From Myxococcota bacterium (GTDB lineage Bacteria; Myxococcota_A; UBA9042; PHBI01; JAWLBL01): a stretch of DNA of 23,513 nucleotides. Below are positions 14,058 through 22,825 of this stretch, in pieces. The notes under the pieces are model-generated. The model saw only the letters and a list, made by a program, of their open reading frames with translations. It made no database searches and was not told where the DNA came from. How positions within the stretch are numbered: position 1 is the first letter of the stretch; each line of letters starts with the position of its first letter. A program made the translations under genes and the position numbers. The stretch lies in NCBI GenBank assembly GCA_041687695.1, contig JAWLBL010000050.1, positions 1 to 23,513 on the forward strand, in the 5' to 3' direction.

Positions 14058-15917
14058 TCAGGGGGCGGGGATGTCGGCGACCTCGAGGGCCAGGGGCGCG
14101 CGGGGGGCGCTGGGATCCGTGGAGGCCTTGGTCATGGGGATGGTGGCGAGCCAGGCGACGCCGTCGGGGAGCGGAGGCCCGCCGAGGGGCCAGGAGGGGG
14201 TGCCGACGAGGCGGACGGAGTCGGGCGAAGCGGTCAGCAGATGCACGGGGACGACGGCGCCGACGGGCATGAGCAGCGTGCAGTCGCTGTCGCACGAGAG
14301 GTCGACCGTGGGGAAGTCGACGCGGGTGACGGCGGAGGTCGAAAAGGTCAGGGTGACCTCCTGGTAGAGGCGCTTGGCGTAGTGGCCGCCGTCGGGGCGC
14401 GTCCAGGCGGGGGTGGTGAGCGGGAGGCCCATGAAGATCTCGCCGCTCGGGCCGAAGCGGGCGTTGACGGAGAGGACGCCGCCGCCGACCTGGGCGACGG
14501 CGCCGCCGCCCTCGGGCAGGTAGCTCTGGTGCCAGGTGCTGGGCGCGAACCCGCTGGGCACGTGGGTCCAGATGAGGGCGTCGCCGCCGAGGCGCATCAT
14601 GGCGCCGACGATGTCGACGGCCCCGTCGGAGCGGACGCGCAGGTCCCAGGGGACGCCGCGGCCGACGGGCAGGGTCTCCCAGTCGCCACCGGGCGCGCGG
14701 CGGCCGAGGGTCAGCACGGCGGTGGCCTCCTCGCCGACGCTCCAGGCCGCGTAGAGCGTCCCGTCCGGCGCGACGTCGAACGAGGTCGCGCGGCCTCCGA
14801 GGACGGTGCCGTCGCCGCCAGGCAGCACGTCGGCCGACCAGTCGGACCAGGTGCCGGCCGCGGCGCCTTCGCGGTGATAGACGACGCCGCCGTGGGCGTT
14901 GCCGGCGCGTATCAGGACGTCGCCGCCGGGCAGCGGCTTGGTGTTCAGCCCGGTGGGGGTCATGGATGAGTTGCTGCGAAGGTCCATCGACGCGCGCTGG
15001 AACCCGTCGGCGGTGCGGCGAGTGGTGTGCAACATGCCGCCGTAGGCCCACAGCACGAGCGGCTCGCCGTCCTCGTCGGCGATGACGCGGGTCGGCGGCG
15101 GGGCGTTGGAGATCATGGCCGGCTCTTCGGTGACCCAGTCGTCCATGTCGAGCTCGGCGCGCTGCCAGGGCGCGGGCGGGATGTCGTAGACACGCAGCTC
15201 GCCCTGGTCGCGCGAGGCCACGACCCAGACGCGGCCGTCGGGGCCGACGTCGACGCTCTGGCCGCGCGGCCCGAGCTTCGGCACCCAGGGCGTGCATCGT
15301 CCGGGCGGGATGACGGCGTAGGCGTCCTGATACCCGCCGACGGCCGAGGCGATCATGTGCAGCGCGCCGTCCGGGCCGAAGGCGGCGTCGCGCACGGTGA
15401 CCTGCGGCGGCTTGGCGTCGATGGTGTTGGTGTGCTGCGGGTAGGGGACAAACCACATGTGCGGCCCGTTGCAGCCGTCGACGCGCGCGAAGGTGTGCTG
15501 GTGTAACCCGTAGTCGATGACCAGGGTGTCGCCGGTGAGGCTGACGACTTGGGCGGTGAGCAGGCGGTCGCCGGCGGCGTTGTGGGCCTGCAGGAGTCCC
15601 TGGCTGAGGGTGTAGCCGGCGACGAAGAGGCCATCGAGCTCGACGGTCGGCAGACCGGGCGGGGCCTCGCCGGGAAACGTCTCGACGCCGAAGTGCAGGT
15701 GCATCGGCGTGGGCCAGGGGCTGTTGGTGCCGACCTCGACCCAGTACCCCTCGAGGGTCTCGGGCGAGACGGCGACCGGGTCGGACGGAGAGCCGCCGCC
15801 GCCGCAAGCCAGCGGCAGGGCGAGGGCCAGGAGGACGGCCAGAGCGAGGGCTGCGAGGCGACCGGGCAGGCGAACCATCAGGGGCTCCGTGCGGCGTGGG
15901 CGTGTGCGGAGGGTCAT
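14058..15917 (-). CDS. Hypothetical lipoprotein, probable beta-propeller (619 aa)
   Basis: ATG overlaps the upstream stop (ATGA), lipobox PLAC, and repeated [FV]GPDG/APDG blade-like turns. GC3-rich frame. Confidence 0.75.
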   Translation of the reverse strand: MTLRTRPRRTEPLMVRLPGRLAALALAVLLALALPLACGGGGSPSDPVAVSPETLEGYWVEVGTNSPWPTPMHLHFGVETFPGEAPPGLPTVELDGLFVAGYTLSQGLLQAHNAAGDRLLTAQVVSLTGDTLVIDYGLHQHTFARVDGCNGPHMWFVPYPQHTNTIDAKPPQVTVRDAAFGPDGALHMIASAVGGYQDAYAVIPPGRCTPWVPKLGPRGQSVDVGPDGRVWVVASRDQGELRVYDIPPAPWQRAELDMDDWVTEEPAMISNAPPPTRVIADEDGEPLVLWAYGGMLHTTRRTADGFQRASMDLRSNSSMTPTGLNTKPLPGGDVLIRAGNAHGGVVYHREGAAAGTWSDWSADVLPGGDGTVLGGRATSFDVAPDGTLYAAWSVGEEATAVLTLGRRAPGGDWETLPVGRGVPWDLRVRSDGAVDIVGAMMRLGGDALIWTHVPSGFAPSTWHQSYLPEGGGAVAQVGGGVLSVNARFGPSGEIFMGLPLTTPAWTRPDGGHYAKRLYQEVTLTFSTSAVTRVDFPTVDLSCDSDCTLLMPVGAVVPVHLLTASPDSVRLVGTPSWPLGGPPLPDGVAWLATIPMTKASTDPSAPRAPLALEVADIPAP

Positions 15918-18900
15918 TGCGGTCCGAGCAACCACCCGGAGGCTCCGATGAAGCTGGGCGTGCCGAGCGGACCCGCGGCGGCGGAGCCGGCCTCGAGCCA
16001 GCGGGCGAGGACGACCCAGCGGCCGTTCGGCAGCTTGCCGACCGCCTGCGGCACGACGTCGACGGGCACGCCGAGGTCGATGTCGAGATCGATCGGCGCC
16101 CAGTCCCGCCACCCACCGGCGCGGGTGGCGCGGGCGAGGGTGCCGTCGAGGCGGAGGGCGAGGACGTCGCCGGTGGCGGGGTCGTGGGTGAAGCTCTTGA
16201 CCTGGCCGGCGTCGGCGGCGGCGGGCACGACGGTCCAGGCGGGGGCCGGGTCGTCGAAGTCGACGAGCGTCATGGTGTGGGTGCCGGAGAAGTGCAGCAG
16301 CACGCGGCCGTCCTCGCTGGCTTCGAGCACGCGGGCGGTGCTGGGGCGCGAGTAGCCGCTGAGGGAGGCGCCGGGCGGCAGGGCGATGACGTTGGGCTGG
16401 ACGTCGCCGGCGGGGGTGATGGCGTGCATGGCGAGGGCCTCGGGGGCGTTCAGGGCGACCTCGAAGACGAGGAAGAAGGTGCCGGCCGCGGCGCGCACGG
16501 TGATGGGCTCCATGAAGGCGGAGGTGGTCGGCACGAGCTCGGGTGGCGCGAACTGGGTGGGCTCGAGGGTGGCGCCGCCGTCGCGGCTGAAGGTGTAGGC
16601 GGCGCCGCTCTCGCCGAGGGGGTCGGAGCCGACCGTGAGGAGGGTGTCGCCGTCGACCGCGAAGTGGCGGTGGTAGTTCGGCAAGAACACATGCGGCGAT
16701 TCGGCGTACTGCGCCGCACCCCACTTTCCGGAAGGGCTGGTGAAGCCGAGCAGGCGGCGCATCGGCCAGCCAGGGTAGACGAGCTGCATTTGCTGGTAGC
16801 CGAGGCTGACGAACGTGTGGCCGTCGTCGTAGCGGAAGAACTCTGGGATGTCGCGGCCGGTGGCGCCGCCGACCGGCGAGCGCATGGGCAGCTGCCCGAG
16901 CGTGAAGCGGGACGCGAGCATGGGGTGGGTGCCCTGCGTGCGCTCGATGAGGTCGCCGGCGAGGGTGACGAAGGCGAGGTTGTGGGCGTCACCGAGCGCG
17001 TAGGGGACGACGGGTTGCCAGCGCGACGGGTCGGCGAGGCCGTCGCCGACGACGAGTTCGAAGACACGCGAGTAGGGCCCGGACTGGACCTCGACCAGGT
17101 GGGCGCCGACGTCGTCGCCGGCGAAGAGGGCGAAGCGGCCGTCGGGCTGGCGGGCCTCGGGGACGATGCGGAGGGTGGAGGCGTTGGGGTTGCCGAGGAA
17201 GGTTTCGTGGAGGCCGAGATCGCCGAGGTCGACGAAGTTGAGGCCCTGCAGGAGCGAGATGGAGCCGGTCTCGGCGCCGTCGAACGGGGTCTGGATCTCG
17301 CCCGAGCGGCCGACGTGGAAGGCGCGGCCGCCGGTCTCGCCGTGCGGGGTGACGACGCGCAGGCGGCCCACGGTCGGCAGGGCGGCGGTGACGCGGAAGC
17401 GGATGTGGTGGTCGTTCCAGGCGAGGATGTCGCCCGGGGCCACGGTCGCGTCGCCGACGTGGAGAGACCCGGTGTCGCCGAGGCGGGCGCCGTACACGAC
17501 GACCTCGCCGCCGGGCGGGGCAGCGACGCGGGAGACGCCGAGGATTTGCGGGCGGGCGGCGGTGGCGGGCAGGCCCGAGGCGAGCCCCTGACCGACGACG
17601 GCGATGGGCGTGCCGCCGCGGGGCTGGGTGATGCAGCCGCTGTCGGCGCCGGCGAGGCTGTGCAGGCACACGAGCCACGGGGCGCCGATGACCTCGGTGT
17701 CGTGGACGCCGATCAGCCAGTCGCCGTCGGGCGAGAACATGGGGAGCGCGTCGGTGCGGGTGTTCGTGATGCCGTCGAGGACGACGGGGAGCGCGTCGCG
17801 ATAGCCCCAGACGGCGGGGCGCAGGTGGCCGAGGCTGTCGCGCCACCATCCAGGCACGAGCCAGTCGCAGTCGCCGTCGCCGCGGTCGAGGCTGATGCGG
17901 CTGGCGCGGTGGCGCAGCGTGTAGTCGTCGGGGGCGAAGCCGCCGAGGACGACCGCCGACTTGCCGGTGGCGCTGGTCAGAAAGCCGCGCGATGTGCCGT
18001 CGGCGAAGACCTCGACGAGCGCGGAGTCGACGGGGATCTCGGCGAGGTTCACGTCCTCGCCGGCGCCGACTCCGACCTTCTGGACCTCGACGACGTGCGA
18101 GCGCACCGAGTAGACGACCGACTGGCCGTCGGCGCGCACGAAGAGCGGCTCGTAGCGGCGCCCGGCGCCGACGTCGAAGTAGGGGAGCAGGGCCTTCTCG
18201 ATGTTCCAGCGCGTGCCGTCGTGGTCGACGACGCCCGAGGCGTAGATGGCGGCCGGGTCTTGCGCGCGGCCGTCGGGGGGCATGGTGTCGACGTACTCGC
18301 GGCTGTGGGCGGTCTCGAGGCCGACGAAGAACTCGACGACGATCTCGCCGTGGGCGCCGCTCGGGACGTGGAGCAGGCGCCCGTCGGGCAGGGTCAGCGG
18401 GTCGAAGGCCTGGTAGGGCCCGGTCTCCGTGCGTTCGTAGGCACGCTGGACGCCGGAGGGCAGGTGGAGCGAGGGGCGGAGGAACTGGCCGTCCGGGCTG
18501 GGCTCGCCGTGGCCCTGGACGGTGCCGGCGGGCTGGCCGTCGCGGAAGCGGAGGAGGGTGTCGTTGTCGACGGTGCAGAAGTGGTCGCGGGAGCCGGGGA
18601 GATAGCGGAGCGGCACCGGGACGAGCGGGTGGCTGGGGGTGCAGGAGGAGACAGCGCCGGTCGTGAGGTCGATGCGGTCGAGCAGGGTGTAGAGGGCGCC
18701 GTCGTCGCCCCAGGTGAACGCGCCGCCGAGGGCGCTCGCCTGGTGGACGACCTCGAGCTCGGGGCCGTCGGGGCCGAGGACGGGGCGGGCGATGCGGAGG
18801 AGGCCGTCCTCGGCGAACCAGGCGACGTGGCGGCCGTCGGGGGAGGTGGTGCGCTGGGCTTCGCGGGGCCCGTTGAACAGGACCTGCGGGGTCGACGTGG

Positions 18901-19090
18901 CGCCGGTGTTGGGGTCGAAGAGGTGGATGGTGGTGTCGCGGGGGCCGATGTCCTGCATGAGGAGGAGGCCGTCGAAGGCGACGGTCGCGACGGTGGGGGG
19001 GAGGCCGTCGTCGTCGGGCGGGGGAGCCGGCGAGCAGGCGGCGACGGCGAGGGCGAGGGCCAGCGTCAGTGCGGGCGATGGGGTCTTCAT
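15914..19090 (-). CDS. Large lipoprotein with TolB/WD40-like repeats and an IPT/TIG domain (1058 aa)
   Basis: ATG 19090 with GAGG RBS, lipobox VAAC, SPDG repeats, and IPT/TIG-like PQILGVS..PPGGEVVVYG..G..AWNDHHIRFRV. Confidence 0.8.
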   Translation of the reverse strand: MKTPSPALTLALALAVAACSPAPPPDDDGLPPTVATVAFDGLLLMQDIGPRDTTIHLFDPNTGATSTPQVLFNGPREAQRTTSPDGRHVAWFAEDGLLRIARPVLGPDGPELEVVHQASALGGAFTWGDDGALYTLLDRIDLTTGAVSSCTPSHPLVPVPLRYLPGSRDHFCTVDNDTLLRFRDGQPAGTVQGHGEPSPDGQFLRPSLHLPSGVQRAYERTETGPYQAFDPLTLPDGRLLHVPSGAHGEIVVEFFVGLETAHSREYVDTMPPDGRAQDPAAIYASGVVDHDGTRWNIEKALLPYFDVGAGRRYEPLFVRADGQSVVYSVRSHVVEVQKVGVGAGEDVNLAEIPVDSALVEVFADGTSRGFLTSATGKSAVVLGGFAPDDYTLRHRASRISLDRGDGDCDWLVPGWWRDSLGHLRPAVWGYRDALPVVLDGITNTRTDALPMFSPDGDWLIGVHDTEVIGAPWLVCLHSLAGADSGCITQPRGGTPIAVVGQGLASGLPATAARPQILGVSRVAAPPGGEVVVYGARLGDTGSLHVGDATVAPGDILAWNDHHIRFRVTAALPTVGRLRVVTPHGETGGRAFHVGRSGEIQTPFDGAETGSISLLQGLNFVDLGDLGLHETFLGNPNASTLRIVPEARQPDGRFALFAGDDVGAHLVEVQSGPYSRVFELVVGDGLADPSRWQPVVPYALGDAHNLAFVTLAGDLIERTQGTHPMLASRFTLGQLPMRSPVGGATGRDIPEFFRYDDGHTFVSLGYQQMQLVYPGWPMRRLLGFTSPSGKWGAAQYAESPHVFLPNYHRHFAVDGDTLLTVGSDPLGESGAAYTFSRDGGATLEPTQFAPPELVPTTSAFMEPITVRAAAGTFFLVFEVALNAPEALAMHAITPAGDVQPNVIALPPGASLSGYSRPSTARVLEASEDGRVLLHFSGTHTMTLVDFDDPAPAWTVVPAAADAGQVKSFTHDPATGDVLALRLDGTLARATRAGGWRDWAPIDLDIDLGVPVDVVPQAVGKLPNGRWVVLARWLEAGSAAAGPLGTPSFIGASGWLLGPQ

Positions 19091-19442
19091 GGGCCTCGGG
19101 GCGGGCGGCGGGCCGGCATGGGTCGGGCGCGATGGACGTGAGCGTGGGCGATTGGGTAGCAGATCGCGGCGCCGAAGTCGCGCGCAAGCCGGAGACGACC
19201 GCGCGCGCCGTGGTCGCGGCCGTGGCGGCGGAGGTTCGGGGCGAGAGCCGCGGAGAGGGTCAGCGGTGGTGCGCCAGCGCCGCGTGCGCGGCCGTAGCGG
19301 AGGTCGCACGAACGCCCAGGTCACCTCTCGCCTTGCGCTCCCTCAGAAGACACTCGCTGGCCCGTCCAGCTCCCCGCTGGCGCTCGGGCCCGCCGAGGTC
19401 TCGGGTCAGCACCTTCCCGCCAGCCACTCAATGTCCACGCAC

Positions 19443-19844
19443 TCAACCCCTGGGCGTCCGGCCGACCGTTCGGTGATGCTCGAACCACCGCGCTGCGGCC
19501 CGCGCCAGCTCGCTTGGATCGTCGTGCCGCAGCGCGATGCCGTCAGGTGGGCTCGTGTCGATGCCCGCATCCGCAGCGGATACTCCATCGTCCCAGTTCA
19601 GGCACGCGGGGCTCCATCCGCCATGGATGGCGCTGCCTTCGAAGTCGAGCCTCAGCGTTTCAACGATGGTCGACCCCTCGCAGAAGTCCAGGGACACGAT
19701 GAGCCAGGGTCGACCGTCCGGGGTCACGTGAGGCCACACATCGAGTTCCCCGCATTGGTCGAGCAAGGCACGGAGGAACACCTCCTCCTCACGCGTGCGC
19801 GCCTCTACGGGCAGCTCGGAGTTCAAGGTGTCTTCGTCGTCCAT
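19443..19844 (-). CDS. Hypothetical acidic protein (133 aa)
   Basis: Globular-looking composition with several Trp and an ATG start; overlapping frames look less plausible. Confidence 0.65.
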   Translation of the reverse strand: MDDEDTLNSELPVEARTREEEVFLRALLDQCGELDVWPHVTPDGRPWLIVSLDFCEGSTIVETLRLDFEGSAIHGGWSPACLNWDDGVSAADAGIDTSPPDGIALRHDDPSELARAAARWFEHHRTVGRTPRG

Positions 19845-20007
19845 GGTTTGGAAGCCCTCTGCGACCCGACGCAGCGTCTCCAGAGTTCAGGCTCTGATCC
19901 CGGAGCCCAAGACCCCGTAACCCATATGAGGTTGACTAGTTGGGGCCGGCCCCCTGGGCGCGCTCAGGCGCGACGCATGAGCCATCGAGCATTGAAGTAC
20001 CTTGCTG

Positions 20008-20484
20008 TCACAGTATCGGCTGGCACCAAGTCGCGGGGGAGTAGACTCGAACGTACAAGCGATCCCTCTCGTGTTTGGCATGCATCGAGCCGCAGAGCCC
20101 CCGAAAACAGAAGGCGCCTTCGGAGGCCTGAGGACCTGGGTCCCACCAAGCCGGCGGGGTCACCCAGAGCGCCGAAAAGGGGGCCGGCAGATGTTCGCAG
20201 GATGCGACGCCACCCGTCCTCGCAGCGGCTTCCCTACGGAAGTCGTGCCAGTCGGCCTCTGACGCGGCTACCCTCAAGAAGGCTTCGTACGGGACTTCGT
20301 ACCTCGCATTGAGCGCGATGCGTTCGTACTGAGCGGGGCCGTCGGGAATCGAAAGACCGATCAGCTCGGTGGCTCGCATGCGCGGCAGGTATCGAGTGCA
20401 CACCACCAGGGTGGCAACGACCACCAGCAGCGCGACGATGGTCAGGGCCCAGAACCGCCGGCCTGCCCTCTGTGCGATAGACAA
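20008..20484 (-). CDS. Hypothetical protein with N-terminal membrane anchor (158 aa)
   Basis: N-terminal transmembrane segment, PAWWDP motif, and a TTG start 2 nt after the upstream stop. Confidence 0.6.
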   Translation of the reverse strand: MSIAQRAGRRFWALTIVALLVVVATLVVCTRYLPRMRATELIGLSIPDGPAQYERIALNARYEVPYEAFLRVAASEADWHDFRREAAARTGGVASCEHLPAPFSALWVTPPAWWDPGPQASEGAFCFRGLCGSMHAKHERDRLYVRVYSPATWCQPIL

Positions 20485-20486
20485 AG

Positions 20487-20934
20487 TTATTCAGCCGGTT
20501 CGAGGTGCAGCCGGCCTGCCTTGACGTGGAGCGTTCCAAGGTCGGGCTTGCGAGTGATGATCGCCCACCGCGGTTGACCTTCTGCCGTCATGAACGAGAC
20601 GACACGAAGTCCGTTGGACAGCGAGACGGAGATCTCTGGGAGGGCTCCCAGAAGCTCGACCTTGGTCACCTCGGCTCCGAGGAGACGCCGGAACATGCCC
20701 GGCCAGCGACGCTCCGAACTCCAGGACCCGCCGAGGATGGACCTTGGACGCTCAATCCTCCAGCTCCACTCGATCATGAGGGTCGCTTCACCGATCCTCC
20801 GAGGCTGCCTGCGTCCCATCTGCCACCGTCGTGAGCTCACCGATCTCGACGAAGATGGCCGACCCGTACCCACGCCAGACGTGGCTGACCGGCTTTTCGA
20901 GTAGATGCTCTATGAACGGCGAAGGATCAACCAC
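20487..20934 (-). pseudogene. Frameshifted hypothetical gene
   Basis: GTG 20934 with GGAGA RBS gives VDPSPFIEHLLEKPVSHVWRGYGSAIFVEIGEL, which stops at 20788. Protein-like sequence continues in another frame (GEATLMIEWSWRIE..SFMTAEGQPRWAII) to TAA 20487. Confidence 0.65.
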
Positions 20935-20990
20935 GCTTGCTCTCTCCACAACGACCGAAGCTGATGACGTAGAGGTCGGACCAGGGGGAT

Positions 20991-21056
20991 AGGTGTCAGA
21001 GTTTCCCATTTTCCATTTCCCGACCAGAAAGTGGGATATGGGGAACACTGACACCT
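20991..21056. repeat. REP-like hairpin (AGGTGTCAG...CTGACACCT class)
   Basis: AGGTGTCAGAGTTTCCCAT / ATGGGGAACACTGACACCT pair at 17/19, and the stem extends inward imperfectly. Confidence 0.75.
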
Positions 21057-21982
21057 CCCGGTCCGCACAGTAGACGCTTGGCGGCGAGTAGGCAGACTTC
21101 AGCTTGGTCGTTCTGCGAACTGCCGTCACAGCCATGGCCGGGGCCGTCGATGATCTCTCCATCCTGACCTTGAGAAGCGCCCAGGTCGCGGCAATGCGAC
21201 ATGATAACCGCAAGTCCAGGCCCGCGGCCGAACCATGACCACGGGACGGTCATTGCCCATCCTAATCTCAAACCCTCCGAACCTAGGCTGCAGGCATGAG
21301 CAAGCGACATCTTGATCCCGCCATGTCCAGACAGGCCTGACTGATCGAGAGTCCAGTGTCGGAATTTTCGTTGAAATCGTGTGTGGAGCGCCGTTTGCCA
21401 GATAGCGACGGATGCCCCTGCGGCGAGCGCTGAGAGGCCAGACCACGCAAGTAAAGTGCGGCCATCCGCGGAGGCATCTAGCCACATGACGAAAAAGGTG
21501 ACTGAGAGAAGGCCCAGTCCGCCACACAAACGGCTCAAATGAATGCGTAAGTGGCTGGTGCCGTTGCTTACTCCAGCCACGGCGCCACTTCTCAGGACTT
21601 CGAGTCCGAGCGAGCGCTCGTAAAACTCGAGCACGCGGGCGGGTTCCTCGTTGTGGAACCGAATCGTCAGGTGTCGGAGGCGACCTTGCGCCGGGTCATA
21701 CCAGACCATCCGAGGCAGCAGCCAACCCTTGAGCAGCCCACGAACTTGGGGCCACCCAACAAAGAGCTTCGAGACACGCGAAGAAGTGTTTGCCTCGCTC
21801 TCGAGCGTCACACCTAGTTCGGTAAGCTCTCGGACTCTCCAGACCTGGAATCGTCGATTGGCCAACAAGGTGTGCTTCCTTGGCATTAGACGCCGCCAGG
21901 GTTGCTTGTGCAGTTGGATTGCCGCGAAAGTCTTGGTCACGCGGACGCCGCTTAGACTGTCCATAACCCCGGCTGCTGTCAA
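20996..21982 (-). CDS. Hypothetical membrane protein, lower GC
   Basis: Long ORF with two hydrophobic segments. Codon usage is atypical, the C-terminus runs into the REP hairpin, and the start is uncertain. Confidence 0.4.
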   Translation of the reverse strand: MTAAGVMDSLSGVRVTKTFAAIQLHKQPWRRLMPRKHTLLANRRFQVWRVRELTELGVTLESEANTSSRVSKLFVGWPQVRGLLKGWLLPRMVWYDPAQGRLRHLTIRFHNEEPARVLEFYERSLGLEVLRSGAVAGVSNGTSHLRIHLSRLCGGLGLLSVTFFVMWLDASADGRTLLAWSGLSALAAGASVAIWQTALHTRFQRKFRHWTLDQSGLSGHGGIKMSLAHACSLGSEGLRLGWAMTVPWSWFGRGPGLAVIMSHCRDLGASQGQDGEIIDGPGHGCDGSSQNDQAEVCLLAAKRLLCGPGGVSVPHIPLSGREMENGKL

Positions 21983-22031
21983 GTAGGCTTGGGCTCCGGG
22001 GGCAGGCCCTCAGACCCCTGCTTGCGTGAGG

Positions 22032-22562
22032 TCAGGCCGGCGAATAGGTCAGCCGGACCACGTCCTCGCCCATCGGCTCGCTGGCGACGAGGCGGAGCGA
22101 TGGCCGCGAGTTCGCGAAGAACGGTGCGCCGCGCCCGAGGACGACGGGGTGCAGGTAGAGGCGATACGCGTCGATGAGCCCCCATTCGGTGAGGCTGCGC
22201 GCCAGGTCTGGCCCGCCGACCTCGAGCTCGCCCTCGAGCCGGTCCTTCAGGCCTCTCAACGTCTCCTCCACGTCCTCGGAGACGAGCGTCGCGTTGGGGC
22301 CGACCTCCTTCAGCGTGCGCGACACGACCCACTTGTGCTGACCGCGCCACGCCGCCGCGAAGTCGCGCTCGTCGGCACTCCACTCGGGATGCTCCTCGTC
22401 CCAATACCGCATGATCTCGTACAAGTGCCGCCCGTACACGCTGCCCGCCTGCTCCCGCGCCTGTTCCACGAAGTGCCGGAAGAGCTTGGGCCCAGGCGCA
22501 AACCCCATGTGGTCCACATAGCCGTCCAGCGAGACGTTCATTCCGAACACGAACCTGGCCAT
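22032..22562 (-). CDS. Dihydrofolate reductase-like / RibD C-terminal domain protein
   Basis: MNVSLDGY, YGRHLYEIMRYW, KWVVSRTL, VGGPDLA, GLIDAYRLYLHPVVLGRG motifs. GGAGG RBS. Confidence 0.93.
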   Translation of the reverse strand: MARFVFGMNVSLDGYVDHMGFAPGPKLFRHFVEQAREQAGSVYGRHLYEIMRYWDEEHPEWSADERDFAAAWRGQHKWVVSRTLKEVGPNATLVSEDVEETLRGLKDRLEGELEVGGPDLARSLTEWGLIDAYRLYLHPVVLGRGAPFFANSRPSLRLVASEPMGEDVVRLTYSPA

Positions 22563-22594
22563 CCCAAGCCCTCCAACACGGTTTCATCGGGGAC

Positions 22595-22785
22595 CAGGTG
22601 CCAGGGTTCATCACCCTTCACCTTCTCAGGACTTGCAGGCGTGTCCTGCACATCTCTCGTGCCCATCTTCGACCGGGCTGTCAACCGCGCCGAACCCGCG
22701 ACGAAGGGGACAGCGTCCTCGGCTACGACTCAGAAGTCCATTTTCTCCGGAGCCGAAAGTGAGAAGTGATGAACCCTGAGACCTG
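22595..22785. repeat. REPIN-like inverted pair (27-bp arms, ~137-bp spacer)
   Basis: CAGGTGCCAGGGTTCATCACCCTTCAC (22595-22621) versus the reverse complement of 22759-22785: 22/27 identical, including 13 contiguous matches. Confidence 0.7.
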
Positions 22786-22825
22786 TGAATTGGGGCGAAC
22801 GTCAGCGCTGACCCGGCCGCGCCGA

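Noticed and set aside
15896..19141. Long antisense and alternate-frame ORFs (e.g. 15896..19141+, 7542..9461-, 3809..5089-, 465..1916-)
   Set aside because: These are shadow ORFs of high-GC genes: Arg/Gly/Pro-rich or mirror composition, overlapping better-supported CDSs.
19910..19950. attC-like site (minus strand CCCCAAC...GTTACGG)
   Set aside because: Too short and no L boxes.
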